DNA from: Paraspadella gotoi
Lineage: Eukaryota; Animalia; Chaetognatha
NCBI GenBank assembly: GCA_051294375.1
Contig: CM119267.1
Coordinates: 239,409-303,408 of the forward strand
Reading direction: 5' to 3'
DNA length: 64,000 bases
The notes beneath the pieces were generated by a model, which did no database searches, was not told the origin of the DNA, and saw nothing but the letters and a program-made list of their open reading frames with translations. The translations under genes and the position numbers were made by a program. Shown here one piece after another: positions 1-12,700 of the stretch. Numbering within the stretch: the stretch's first letter is position 1; every line of letters starts with the position of its first letter.

Positions 1-560
1 GAAGGCGATTAGGGTTAGGGTTGAGGTAACGCGGAGATGTACGGGAGGCCGGGCCTGGGTTAGGGTTAGGGGAGAGGCATAGGAGTTGAACAGGAAGGCT
101 TGTTTAGGGTTTAGGGTTGGGGAGGGACCCATGGTTTGATGCATCGAAGGCGGTTAGGGTTAGGGTTGAGGTACCGGAGAATGTACGGGAGGCCGGGCCT
201 GGGTTAGGGTTAGGGGAGAGGCAAGGAGTTGAACGGGAGGCTTGGTTTGGGTTAGGGTTGGGGAGGGACCCATGGTTGATGCATCGAAGGCGTTAGTTAG
301 GGTTGAAGGCAGGGAGATGTACGGGGAGGCCGGGCCTCGGTTAGGGTTAGGGGGAGAGGGCAATGGAGTTGAAACGGAAGGCTTGGTTTAGGTTAGGGTT
401 GGGGGAAGGGGCCCGTGGTTTGATCATCGAAGGGCGGTTTAGGTTTAGGGTTGAAGGCATGGAGACATTGTCGGGGAGGGCGCCAGGCCCGGGTTAGGGT
501 TAGGGGAGAGGCAAGGAGTTGAACGGGAGGCTTGGTTTAGGGTTAGGGTTTGGGAGAGAG
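1..560 (+). repeat. Tandem satellite, ~140-bp unit x4, with embedded TTAGGG doublets
   Basis: Unit gaaggcggttagggttagggttgagg...gatgtacgggaggccgggcctgggttagggttaggggagaggcaaggagttgaacgggaggcttggtttagggttagggttggggagggacccatggttgatgcatc restarts near 1, 147, 286 and 429, with indels between copies. Confidence 0.85.
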
Positions 561-774
561 CCTGTAAGGTGATGTTCACCCCGTGTTAGCTGCGCTTTTC
601 ATTATATCGCGTACTTTTATCCCTGCGAGGTCGCCAGTGGGGGGACTGGCGGACATCCGCCAAATGCCCTGGCGATATCGGCCATGGGCGAAGTCGCCAA
701 CCAACTAGAACCACACCTGCAACTCGTGCGTGAATCGCCGGCGACATCCGCTATTTGAAATGAACTACAACTTA

Positions 775-3570
775 GGATCGAAAAGGGCAATTTGGGGATC
801 GAAAAGGCCGAAATGCGCGGATAGAAACTTTCGTCATTTGGGAACGAAAATTGTGAAGAATGATGGGAGGAAGTTGAGTTTCATTTTGAAGAAATTTTCG
901 TAGTGACGATCATTATGATGTCGGAGGTTGTGAAAAGAAAAGAAAAGAAAAGAAAAGAAAAAAAAGAAAAGAAAAAGAAAAGAAAAGAATGGAAGATAAG
1001 AGAAGAAAGAAAAGAAAATAGAAAGGAAAGAAAAAGGAAAGGAAAGGAAAGGAAAAGAAAAGAAGAAAAGAAAGAGAAAGGAAATGAAAGGAAGGAAAGG
1101 AAAGGAAAGGAAGGAAAGAAAGGAAAGGAAAGGAAAGAAAAGGAACGGAACGGAGAACGGAACGGACGGAACTGAAAAAAGAAAAATGGAAATATAAGAG
1201 AAGAAAAGAAAAGAAAAGACAAAGAAAAAGAAAAGAAAAGAAAAGAAAGAAGAAAAAATGGAAAATAAAGAATATAAGAAAGAAAGAAAGAAGAAGAAAG
1301 AAAGGAAGAGAGAAAGAAAAGAAAAGAAAAGGAGAAGAAGAACAAAGAAAAAGAAAAGAGAAAGAAGAGAAAATGGAAATAAAAGAAAGAAAGTAACGAA
1401 AAAAAGATGAACGAGAACCACAAATCTTTTGTTTCTTGTTCTTATTTCTCGTTTTTAATATCACAATTTGTGTCGTAAAGATAAAGGAAAAACATCATAA
1501 GGAGAGACAAAAAAAGTCGTAAAAAGAAATTGTGAACGCTAGAACTTGTAGACGAAAACATTGGCGTCAAAACATCGTTTCCGAGAAAAGCTGAATATAA
1601 AACAGTAAATTAATTCGCGGAATATGTTTACTGTTCTGCAATGTGTCGCTGAAGATACAGAGTTAAATAACTGCTCTATTTTTCCAAAAAGCGCCACATT
1701 TCTGTTCGCCATAGTTTTGTCTTTATTATTTTATTCCTAATACTATTATCGAATTGGAAAGATGAAATAATAGTAATAGTAGATAAAGTAATAATTAATA
1801 GTAATAGTAATAGGTAAAAAAAATAATTAAAAAAAAATGAATATGCCCCCTTTGGCAAAAAGAAATTCAAATGTTGCTAAAAAAAAGAGATTGCTCCAAA
1901 CTTCGGTCGTAAAAAGCTCGCAACTTATTGTGAAATCCTGTTTAATGTAATTTAATGTAATGTTTTCTTAACAAACACTATTACAAGTTTTTATAAAATT
2001 TCCTCTGCCAAAGAAAATAANNNNNNNNNNNNNNNNNNNNNNNNNTCATCTTTTTTTCTTCTTATCTTTTTTTCTTCTTATCTTTTCTTCTCTTATCTTT
2101 CCATTTTCTTTCCTTTCCTTTCCTTTCCTTTCCTTTCCTTTAAAAGAAAAAAAGAAATAAGAAAGAAAAAGAGAAGAAAAAAGGAGAAAAGGAAATGGAG
2201 GAGGGAAGAAGGAAAGATAAGAGAAGAGGGGAAAGAAAAAGAAAAGAAAAAAAGAAGAGAAGGGAAAGGATAAAGGAAAGGAAAGGAAAGGAAAGCGAAG
2301 GAAAGAAAAGAAAAGAAAAGAAAAGAAAAGTAAAAAAGAAAAGAAAGGAAAGGAAAGGAAAGGAAAAATTGAAGGAAATAGGAAATGGACTAAGGGGAAA
2401 GGAAATGAAAGAAAAGGAACGGAACGGAACAGGAACGGAACGGAACCCTGAAAAGAAAGAGAGAAAATGGAAATTAAGAGAAAGAAAGAAAAGAAAAGGA
2501 AAAGAATAAGAAAAGAAAAGAAAGAAAAGAAAAGAAAAAAAAAAAAAGGAAATATAAGGAAAAGGAAAAGAACAAGAAAAGAAAAAAGGAAAAGGAAAGA
2601 AAAGAAAAGAAAAGAAAAGAAAAAGAAAAGAAAAGAAAAGAAAAGAAAAAGAAATGGAAAGATAGAAGAAAAAAAGAATAAGAAGGAAAAAGATGAGATG
2701 AGAACCACAAGATCTTTGTTTCTTGTTTCTTATTTTCTCGTTTTTATCAACAAATTTGGTGTCGGTAGAAGATAAAGGAAAAAACTCAGTAACGAGAGGA
2801 CAAAAAAAAAAGTCGTAAAAAAGAAATTGTTAACCTAAACTGTGACGAACAGTTGGCGTTTCAACATCGTTTCCGAGACAAAGCTGAATATACAACAGTA
2901 AATTATTCCGCGGCGGAATTGTTTTACTGTTCTGCCAATTGGTGGTTGAGATACAGAGTAATATAACTGCTCTACTTTTCAAAAGCGCCCACATTTCTGT
3001 TTCGCCCATAGTTTTGTCTTTATTATTTTATTCTATTCTATTAATTCGAATTGAAGATGAAAATAATAGTAATAGGTTTAGTAAAAGTAATAATAATAGT
3101 AATAGTAATAAAAGTAAAAAAAATTAAATTAAAAAAAATAAACTATGCCCTTTGGCAAAAGAAATTCCAATGTTTGGCTAAAAAAGCAGATTGTTCAACT
3201 TCGGTCGTAAAAGCCTTCAACTTATTTGTGAAATTCTGTTTAATGTAATGTAATGTAATGTTTTCTTAACCAAACCTATTTAAGTTTTATAAATTTCTCT
3301 GCAAAGAAATAACACTCGTATTGTACAATTAATATTTTAAATTAAATAAAAGCCATCTCTCCTTTTTNNNNNNNNNNNNNNNNNNNNNNNNNTTCTTTTC
3401 TTTTCTTTTCTTTTCTTTTCTTTTTTTTTCAACAACCTCCGAAACATAATGATCGTCACTACGAAAATTCTTCAAATGAAAACTCAACTTCCTCCATCAT
3501 TCTTCACAATTTCGTTCCCCAAATGACGAAAGTTTTTATCCCGCATTCGGCCTTTTCGATCCCCAAATTG
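775..3570. repeat. Purine-rich low-complexity block duplicated across N gaps
   Basis: ~950-2020 is repeated at ~2140-3310 with many single-base indels; 3393-3570 is the reverse complement of ~780-960. Breaks coincide with 25-N gaps. Confidence 0.8.
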
Positions 3571-3723
3571 CCCTTTTCGATCCTCTAATGTGAACCCATC
3601 CCCGAAGACCCCAATTGCCCTTTTTGATCCCCAAACGGGGATCACTTTTATTCCCATAGAAAAGGAAGAAGCCTAAATTCTTTTCCATTAAACCTTTCGT
3701 CGGAATTCGCTCCTGGGTTCCTT

Positions 3724-3757
<34 letters not shown>

Positions 3758-4475
3758 TCCCTCTCTCTCTCCCTCAAACAAAGCCAGGTGTTTCCTCCCC
3801 AATAATTGATATTAAGCGAATCTCCTCTCACCGACATTAACAACAACAACAACTTCCTTCTGCCCTCAACTATTTGCCTTTTGTTTTTCTTCTCCCGCGT
3901 CATCGCGCCTCTATCGTCTTTAAAGAAAATTACCAGGCAGATCATCACCGTCTCGCCTGTCACGTCAGTTCTCTCGCCTGTTAAGTCAGTCATAATCCAT
4001 ATTTTTTGATTTATTTCGTTGTTGTTGTCTTATCTGTCCCTTTGGTCTCCCCTCTTTCCTTTGACGTATTTTTGCCGAGATTCAAAGGGACATTTTCCGT
4101 TTTGGTTCCTGACGCGACCATTAAAACCGAGGACAATAAAAAGGCACCAGAGAAAGAGAAAGAGTTTAGGAGGGAAAGGACGGAATAAAAGGGGCTTAGA
4201 CGCGACAGCAGTTGCAAATTCGCAATGGTAAGACGAAATATGTAATACATTGTACAATGTATATTATACAACGTCACGGAAAAATCAATGCCGTACAACC
4301 ATTATGCAATGCAATGCAATATGCATTGATACAAAACTAATCTCGCAGAATAAATAGAAATTGTCACCTGCATCAATGCGCCATGGGAGAACCAACGTCC
4401 GGGGTAACATCCGAAAAAGGGATCTATATCCGCTGGTGTCTCATGAAAAGGAAACTGACACCATATAAGCCAAAG

Positions 4476-4637
4476 CCATAGAAGCCAACACCATAGAAGC
4501 CAACACCATAAAAGCCAACACCATAGAAGCCAACACCATAGAAGCCAACACATAGAAAGGCCCAAACACCTTAAGCAGGCCAACACCATAGAAGCCAACA
4601 CCATAGAAGCCAACACCTTAGAAGCCAACACCATAGA
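4476..4637 (+). repeat. 15-bp minisatellite (ccatagaagccaaca)n, ~10 copies
   Basis: Periodicity is directly visible. Confidence 0.85.
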
Positions 4638-7172
4638 AAAAAGATGAGATTTGATGCCAACGACATGAATTCTCCTCTCGCCGTCCCGCGATGGAACCAG
4701 GTTTAAATATGAAAAGCAAAATGGGAATATTTATGACACGGATATGACATAGATGGGAGAGATGAGAAAATATTTATGACACGGATATGACATAGATGGC
4801 AGAGATGGAAGCATACGACCTTGAGATAAGCAATAAGCAATAAGCAAAATCCAACGCAGAGATGGTAAATATGAGGCGAAAAAATGGCAAATGTTTTACG
4901 GACGTAAAGTGGCGTGAATGGTGACCCGATGTGGCGTAGCTGACGTTAACGACGGTGGTGGCGTGATTAGAGTGGCGTGGATGACGGGAGTCGAGTCTGA
5001 AGCCTTCATATCTGTTCACAGGAACAAAAATCAAAAAATGACATATCATTTTTCTTTCTGTCCTGTTGGGGCAAATAATTATTGCTGCTATTTCTTTCTT
5101 TTTATATCTACCGGGACATCATTTTTTTTAATTTATCTTTTAATTTATCTTTTGGTAATCTTTTTCGCTATCTTTCTATCTTTCTTTTTTGTGTCTCTCT
5201 CCTTTTTTTCTTTCCTTACTTCTTTCTTCACATCTTTTGTACTTTTTTAAATATTTTTTTAATATTTTTTAATTATCACTGTTAAATTATCACTGTTTAA
5301 TTGTCACTGTTTTTCATTATATTAAATTATTAATACTGTTTTTGGTATTAATAAAAAAAATATTTCGTTCTTTTTTTATTTAAATATATTTATGATTATT
5401 ATTATTTTCTTAACACGTTTCTTCTCATCTTTATTTCTACCCTTCTTTCCTTTCTTTCCATCTTTCTTTCTATCCCTTCTTTCCATTTTAGTTCCGCGAC
5501 TTCATCAAGACTCAGCTTTTTTTTCCTTGTTGAGGAAAAGTTTAACCTTTGGTGACCGAATGATTCGAAGTCGTCGTCGTCGTCGTCATCGTCGTCGTTG
5601 TCGTCATCATCATCGTCGTCATCGTCGTCGTTGTCGTCGTCATCACCGTTGTCGTCGTTTTCGTTGTCGTCGTCGTCTATCCCTCCAAAAAAGTTTTTGG
5701 TTTTGTGGTTTAAATCTTCTGATGAGGGAAACGATTAAGTTGAGTTGAAATCTTTTTGGTCGAACAAAAGATTCGAAACTTAGAGCGAAAAAAGTGGAAA
5801 AAAGTCACTTTGGAAGTGAAAAGTGAAAATGAGATGTGGAAAGGGAAAAAATAAAGTTGAAAAAAGAAATAAGAAGTGGAAATGTAAAAATTAAATGTGG
5901 AAAGAGAAAATAGAGAGTGGAAAAAAGAAATAAGAATTGGAAAAGCGGAAATGAGATGTGGAAAGGGAAAAAATAAAGTTTAAAAGTAAAAAATAAGTGG
6001 AAAAGTGGAAATTAGATATGGAAAGAGAAAATAGAAAGTGGAAAAAAGAAATAGGTAGTNNNNNNNNNNNNNNNNNNNNNNNNNAGGGAACGAGTTAAGT
6101 TTGAGTTGTTTTTAAATCTTTTTGGTCGAACAAAAAGAATTTCGAAACTTAGACGAAAAAAAAAAGCTTGCGAAAAAAGTCACTTTGGAAGCTGAAAAAG
6201 TGAAAAAATGAGATGTGGGAAGGAAAAAATAAAGCTTGAAAAAAGAAAATAAGAAGTGGAACATGTAAAAATTAAATGTGGCGATGGGGAGGGGGAAAGG
6301 AAGGACAATAGAGAGTGGGGAAAAAAAGAAATAAAGAATTTGGAAAAAAAAAACAAGCGTGGCGGGATCGAGATGTGGAAAGTGGAAAGTGAAAATAAAG
6401 TTTAAAAACCTGTAAAAAATAAGTGAAAAAAGAAAAAAACAAGGAAAAAAGAAAAAAGGGAAGAAGGAAAAAAAAACAGGAAAAAAACGAAACAAAACGA
6501 AGAAAAGAAAAAAAGTAAAAGAAAAAAAAAAGTGACATGAAAAAAAGTGGGAAATATTAGATATGGGGGGGAGGGGCTGGAAAGAAAGAAATCAGAAAAG
6601 TGAAAAAAGAAATAGGTAGTTTGGAAACAGCAAATTATCAAGTTAAAATAAAAGGCAAAAATAGGTATAAATTGGAAGTGGAAAATAAGAAGCCGCGTAA
6701 AAATAATGCAAAAGTGAAAATGATAAAAGGAAAGCTAGTGGAAAATAAAATTTAGTAAGTAGAAATTAGAAGTGGAAAGTGGAATCAAAAGGTAGAAAAA
6801 TGTGGAAAAACATAAATAAAAATTTAATAAATGAACCTGGAAAATAAGTGAATGAAAAAGAGAAATTCAAATATATTCATTTCCAAAATCGACGCGAAAT
6901 GAGGCAGAATTTTGGAAAATCAAATTCAAATCTAATCGGCTGAAAAAATTGAACATCGATTGGCCAAGAATCTTAGTGACATTGGCCTATTGGGAAAGAA
7001 GAACAAAATTGAGCCGAGTGAGATAAAAAAACGAAAGACCGAAATGAGCCGATTGGGATGCAAACTTTGTCTCTCCCTCCCAATAATTTGCTGTTGTTCC
7101 CGATCGGCTGACAAAATTGGCCAAGATCGAAGAATATCTCTGAGATGCCATCAACGTTAGTGTTGAAGATGG

Positions 7173-7231
<59 letters not shown>

Positions 7232-8204
7232 TTCTCGTCTCACTTTATCCAAGGTGATTTGTAGTCTGGGCGTTGTGGTCGTCATCGTCATTGTTGTCGT
7301 CGTCGTTGTTGTCGTTGTTGTTGTTGTAAGAAGAATGAAAAAAAAAATTGGCGCCCGGAGAGAAAAAGGCGCCCTAAGGATGATTTGGCTTTGGGCGCCA
7401 AACTCGTAAATCTCTCTGTCTCTCTCTCTGTCTCTCTCTCTGTCTCTCTCTCGGTCGATAATCTCGATTCTTTTATCTCCTTCCTTCCGCATTAACTAAA
7501 AAAAATCACAATACAATGCAATTATTAATACATTGTATTATTAATACATTATCGAAACATAAAATTTTCTTTTTCAAACGTCGATACTCGATAGAAACCA
7601 CCCTCTAATAAAAAATCTTTTATTTTGATAAAAAAAAAATCGATATTAGTTTTTTCGATAATAATTTTTTTTAGTCTTTTGTCTTTTTGTTTTAAATCAA
7701 CATTTGGTGTCACCACCGTCGCTTCGGAGAAAATATCGGAAGGTTGTCGTCCTCGTTTTCGTCGTCGACGTCGTCGTCGTTCACATGACACCCCTCCGTT
7801 GCTGTCAAATTGACATAAAATCTACGAGAAGATAAGAATAATTAAGAATATTACAATAAGGTTGTAATAATTAAAAATATTATAAGAATATTATTAAAAT
7901 GTAATTTCAAAATGGTCCATAACTATTCTCATCTCTTTCCCGTTCGTTCAGTGAGAGGAAACACTGATTGCTACATAAAAAAATATATAAAAGAAAGGAA
8001 AGGCAAGCTGCTTGATAAATAATCAATCAGCCTCATCTATTAATCAATTTCTTACTACGAAAACAAAAAATTTAAGAGAATTTTTAAAAAAATGTTAAAT
8101 TTTTAAATAATTAAATCCTGGATCTTAACTCAACTTTAGCTAAGTAATGAATAATAAAACTTCTCCGAAGTCAACGATTCCCTACTTTTGGAAGAGAAAA
8201 GAAT

Positions 8205-8252
<48 letters not shown>

Positions 8253-8397
8253 TGAACTAAAATCAATATTATTGTTATAAGGAATGAACTACATTGAATT
8301 ATTTTTGGTCATGCGCAGAAAAATCTCTGGCGTCTATGACAAGACAAAGAAAACCTTAACAAAAGACTAACGTTTATTATTCCCCGGAATTCGGGGC

Positions 8398-8433
<36 letters not shown>

Positions 8434-8570
8434 TTTTTCTCATTTAAAAAGTTGGTGTTCACTGGATACCAATTTTTAACTCAGATAACCTTTTTTTGCC
8501 AGAAAGAAATACCGGCCCATATCCATATGATTATTATCTCTCTTCTCTCTCTCTTCTTTCTCTCTCTCTC

Positions 8571-8604
<34 letters not shown>

Positions 8605-9587
8605 CCGTCTCTCTCTCTCTCTCTCTCTCTCCCTCTCCCTCTCTCTCACCGCACAATAGACCTCATGGTTTCTCTGGAATTGTCTGGTTCTGTCGCCTAG
8701 AAATACAACTAATTGAATTTATTTCCTCAAAGTTCATAAACTCAAACGATTCTCTTCTGCAGATACGACGGGGGGGGGAGAATTCTTTATTGGCGATTTC
8801 CTTATTGACGGTTTCATTATTAGCGGGAAGCCCCTCGTTTGNNNNNNNNNNNNNNNNNNNNNNNNNNNNNNNNNNNNNNNNNNNNNNNNNNNNNNNNNNN
8901 NNNNNNNNNNNNNNNNNNNNNNNNNNNNNNNNNNNNNNNNNNNNNNNNNNNNNNNNNNNNNNNNNNNNNNNNNNNNNNNNNNNNNNNNNNNNNNNNNNNN
9001 NNNNNNNNNNNNNNNNNNNNNNNNNNNNNNNNNNNNNNNNNNNNNNNNNNNNNNNNNNNNNNNNNNNNNNNNNNNNNNNNNNNNNNNNNNNNNNNNNNNN
9101 NNNNNNNNNNNNNNNNNNNNNNNNNNNNNNNNNNNNNNNNNNNNNNNNNNNNNNNNNNNNNNNNNNNNNNNNNNNNNNNNNNNNNNNNNNNNNNNNNNNN
9201 NNNNNNNNNNNNNNNNNNNNNNNNNNNNNNNNNNNNNNNNNNNNNNNNNNNNNNNNNNNNNNNNNNNNNNNNNNNNNNNNNNNNNNNNNNNNNNNNNNNN
9301 NNNNNNNNNNNNNNNNNNNNNNNNNNNNNNNNNNNNNNNNNNNNNNNNNNNNNNNNNNNNNNNNNNNNNNNNNNNNNNNNNNNNNNNNNNNNNNNNNNNN
9401 NNNNNNNNNNNNNNNNNNNNNNNNNNNNNNNNNNNNNNNNNNNNNNNNNNNNNNNNNNNNNNNNNNNNNNNNNNNNNNNNNNNNNNNNNNNNNNNNNNNN
9501 NNNNNNNNNNNNNNNNNNNNNNNNNNNNNNNNNNNNNNNNNNNNNNNNNNNNNNNNNNNNNNNTTGAAGAGACGCCAAGTCTTTTTC

Positions 9588-9655
9588 CTGGGTGGCGTTA
9601 CCGGTAGGGAGACTGGTTCGCGCCGATAAAGGTCCGGGGTTCGAGTCCGCGGATT
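9588..9655 (+). mobile_element. tRNA-like (Pol III A/B box) segment, probable SINE head or pseudo-tRNA
   Basis: tggcgttaccggtag (A-box-like) followed by ggttcgagtcc (B box); no clean cloverleaf seen. Confidence 0.35.
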
Positions 9656-9749
9656 ACAACATGTTTTTATGATACTTAGGCTATTTTGGGTTCAGGCTTG
9701 AGCAATAAAGCGCAGAGATTATTGAAGGAGTAAGTGTCAGAGTCTGCTT

Positions 9750-12700
9750 GTCCAAAGTCGAGGACAGGATAGCTTATTTATTAGCTTTTATATTAGTAGT
9801 ACAAATTTCTTAATAGTCAGCTTCTAGCATTCTGATTCTAGTGCGGTCCGCACTGCGGAGTATAATAAAGTTTTCCCCGATCTAATGGTTTAGTGAGTCG
9901 TCCTTTTACGCAATTGAAACATTCTTTGAAACATTATATCTTGTGATGGACCAAAGCCTGTCCAAAGTTAGGGGCAAGATTGCTTATTTATAAAATGATA
10001 ATTTTTATATTTATTGTACTAATTTCATATAAATATTATTCTTAATTTGAACTTTATGAATATTAATAACAACAACGACCACAATATCACCAACGACAAC
10101 AACAACAACAACACAGTTCCGACGCGGCGCGATTCGAAGGCAAAATCCGTTGGGGATTTCCCAAGGATGACGCCGAGATTTCCCGCGACGCCGGAAAATC
10201 CGCCGACGCAGAGAACGCCGGAATTTCCGGCGCGAAAAGGGGAGGGGAGGTAGGGAAGGGAGAAAAAAAGGGGAAAAAAGGAAAAAGGAGAGAAAGAAAG
10301 GAAAAACTTTATTAAAGAGATTAGGCGTTTATGAGTAAACCAGGAGCCTTAAAAGGATTTGAAAAAGGATTGAAAAGGAAAGGAAGGAACTTTGAAAAGG
10401 AAAGGAAGGAACTTTGAAAAGGAAAAGAAGGAACTTTGAAAAGGAAAGGAAGGAACTTTGAAAAGGAAAGGAAGGAACTTTGAAAAGGAAAGAAAGGAAC
10501 TTTGAAAAGGAAAGGAAGGAACTTCGGGTGCCTAAAAATAAATAAAAAGGCTTTAAAAGTATGGGCACCTTGAAAGGAAAATAAATCTTAAAAGTTTAGG
10601 CGCCTTGAACGAAAAATAAATTTTAAAAGTTTAGGCGCCTTAAAAGGAAAATAAATCTTAAAAGTTTAGGCGCCTTAAAATAGGGGTAGCCCCACTCAAT
10701 GGAGTGAATCAAAAATTTAGTCTTCAAAGTTATTGAGTTTTCCTGAGACAAAAAGCATTATGAGAGAGATTTGGCGTTTTTTTTTCGTCGGCGAGCTTTG
10801 AGACCACAGATCGAAGAAATTTTTTTTTTTTTTTAGCCCGTCTCAATTGCGAGCCTTAGAATTTCTAACAAGTTTCTGCTCTTAGAAATCTCGGCCGCGC
10901 TTTGAAAATTTCGAGATCGGTTCTTACCTTTTTCGTCGCAGTGATCGGGAAAATCGCCGATTCGGTTTCCAAACTTTCGGAGCAGTTTCCGAGTGCTCCG
11001 AGAGTTGCTCTCCTTGACTTTTCGGCGCGGATCAAAAATCACGGGCAGAAACCGTATTTCAGTCGACTTCGGAGACTTCCCTTACTACTGCTCGCCGTCC
11101 GTTGGTCCGCCCCCCCAATAATTGGTCAGACCAATCTAATTATGATAAATTATGCAAAAAACACATGATGTCCGTCCGTCTCTCGTCTGTCCCGTTCCCG
11201 TCCATCCCACCTTAAGCAAAAAACACCCAATTACTCGTGATTTGATGGCATGGATTGGAATGAAATTTAGTGTGTGCTGTAGGAAAGTTATATGATTCCA
11301 AGTGGGAAATGAGTTAAAATGCGAAAATTGAACAAAAAAAATCCTGATTTCACTATTTGATTATGCTTTTCTTTCATTTTTATTATTAAAATATAAATTT
11401 CAGAAGCTGCATTAATTTAATTATGAATAAATACAGTAATTAATTCTGTGAATTCAAGATTGTTTGTTTCTGTGATTTGAGAGGCGCAACCAATTGTGGC
11501 AAACAACTATTTTTTGACACAAAAAAATTAATATTAACTTAATTTTATTAATTAATTGATTTTCTTAATTAATTACTCGCTGGGACAGATCCGGGCATTG
11601 TTTAGCGCTCCAAACTTGTTTTAAGTAGAAAAAAGAATTTGGATAGGTTAATTTAAATACAAAGAGATAAAACAGGATATGTTTCATTATTGAACAAATC
11701 ATAGTAAATTTACCACAAAGTATCAGAACTCAAATTCATGCAGTATTGTACTATAATAGATAATACTTTAATCCTCCTTTATCACTATGGCGTATTGTGC
11801 TTACTAACGACTGTCGTATAATAGGGTTAATTGAATGAAAGTTTTCTTTAAAAACCAGGCATTTTGAATAGAAAATAAGCTTATTTATAATGCTAGTTAT
11901 AAAAGTGTAATTATTGCTATTTAAGAGTCCAGTACAAAACAAACAGAAACGAGCATGCATTAATTTTTATATGTAAAATTCAGATTACAAGAAACTGTTG
12001 TGTTGTATTTTTTCCCTTTGTTTACGCAGCTTGGTTCACCTACCAAAATAGCGTTTATAATAGTAAGGTAGCTCTGCAACTGTAGGAATTTTAGTTATAG
12101 GATAGTTCGTTTGAGCTATACTTAATGCCCTTCGGAGATAGCAAAGAAAATGGCCCTAATTTTTCAGGTTGTTTCGAGCATTATTTTTGAAAAGTTGCCA
12201 ATGCTATTTCCCGATAATTATTTTTTAAAAAGAGATATTGGTAAAAATTCGCCGCCCGCATGCTATGAAAAGCTCATTTTGAACCCTACTACTAAGGTGG
12301 ATTCACACAACATCAAAAATTTTCTGCAAGGTCTAGTACTCATTCAGTCTTTTGCATTTCGCCGATAAATTTGGAAAATATTCACTTTTACTCACGCAAA
12401 TTATTAAAAATTTTCTGTTTTTAATTTTTTCCAACAAAGTCAGTTATTTAAGCTCTTAACTGATACAAGAAGCTATTCTATTCAAGTGTTCAAGTTTGTA
12501 GAGAGAGAAAAATTGCAAAAAACAGAAACGAGAGAGAGAGAGAAAATTAAAGGCGGCAGTGATTAGTAGAGAGCAGCAGAGCGTACGGCGGCCAAAGCCA
12601 GCCAAAGCGAATGTAAAATTGCGGGTTGCGTCAGTCCGAGAGTCAAAGAGCAATACGCCCACAAATGTAGAGAGACCCACCGTCACGACCGTCGGACAGC

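Noticed and set aside
1-560. True telomere
   Set aside because: TTAGGG occurs only as doublets inside a longer unit, and a left chromosome end would show CCCTAA on this strand.
834-2775. Phe/Ser/Leu-rich and Lys/Arg/Glu-rich ORFs (also 6112-6641, 13669-14214, 18495-19202)
   Set aside because: Translations of purine/pyrimidine microsatellite tracts, open in several frames, with no coding signal.
5735-6620. Tandem duplication
   Set aside because: The copies flank a 25-N gap and differ by insertion-type noise; likely an unmerged overlap.
8496-9629. Long ORFs here and at 23842-24964
   Set aside because: They run through N gaps.
10720-11089. Independent third Polinton end
   Set aside because: It carries the same flank as 21641 and belongs to the inverted duplicate block.
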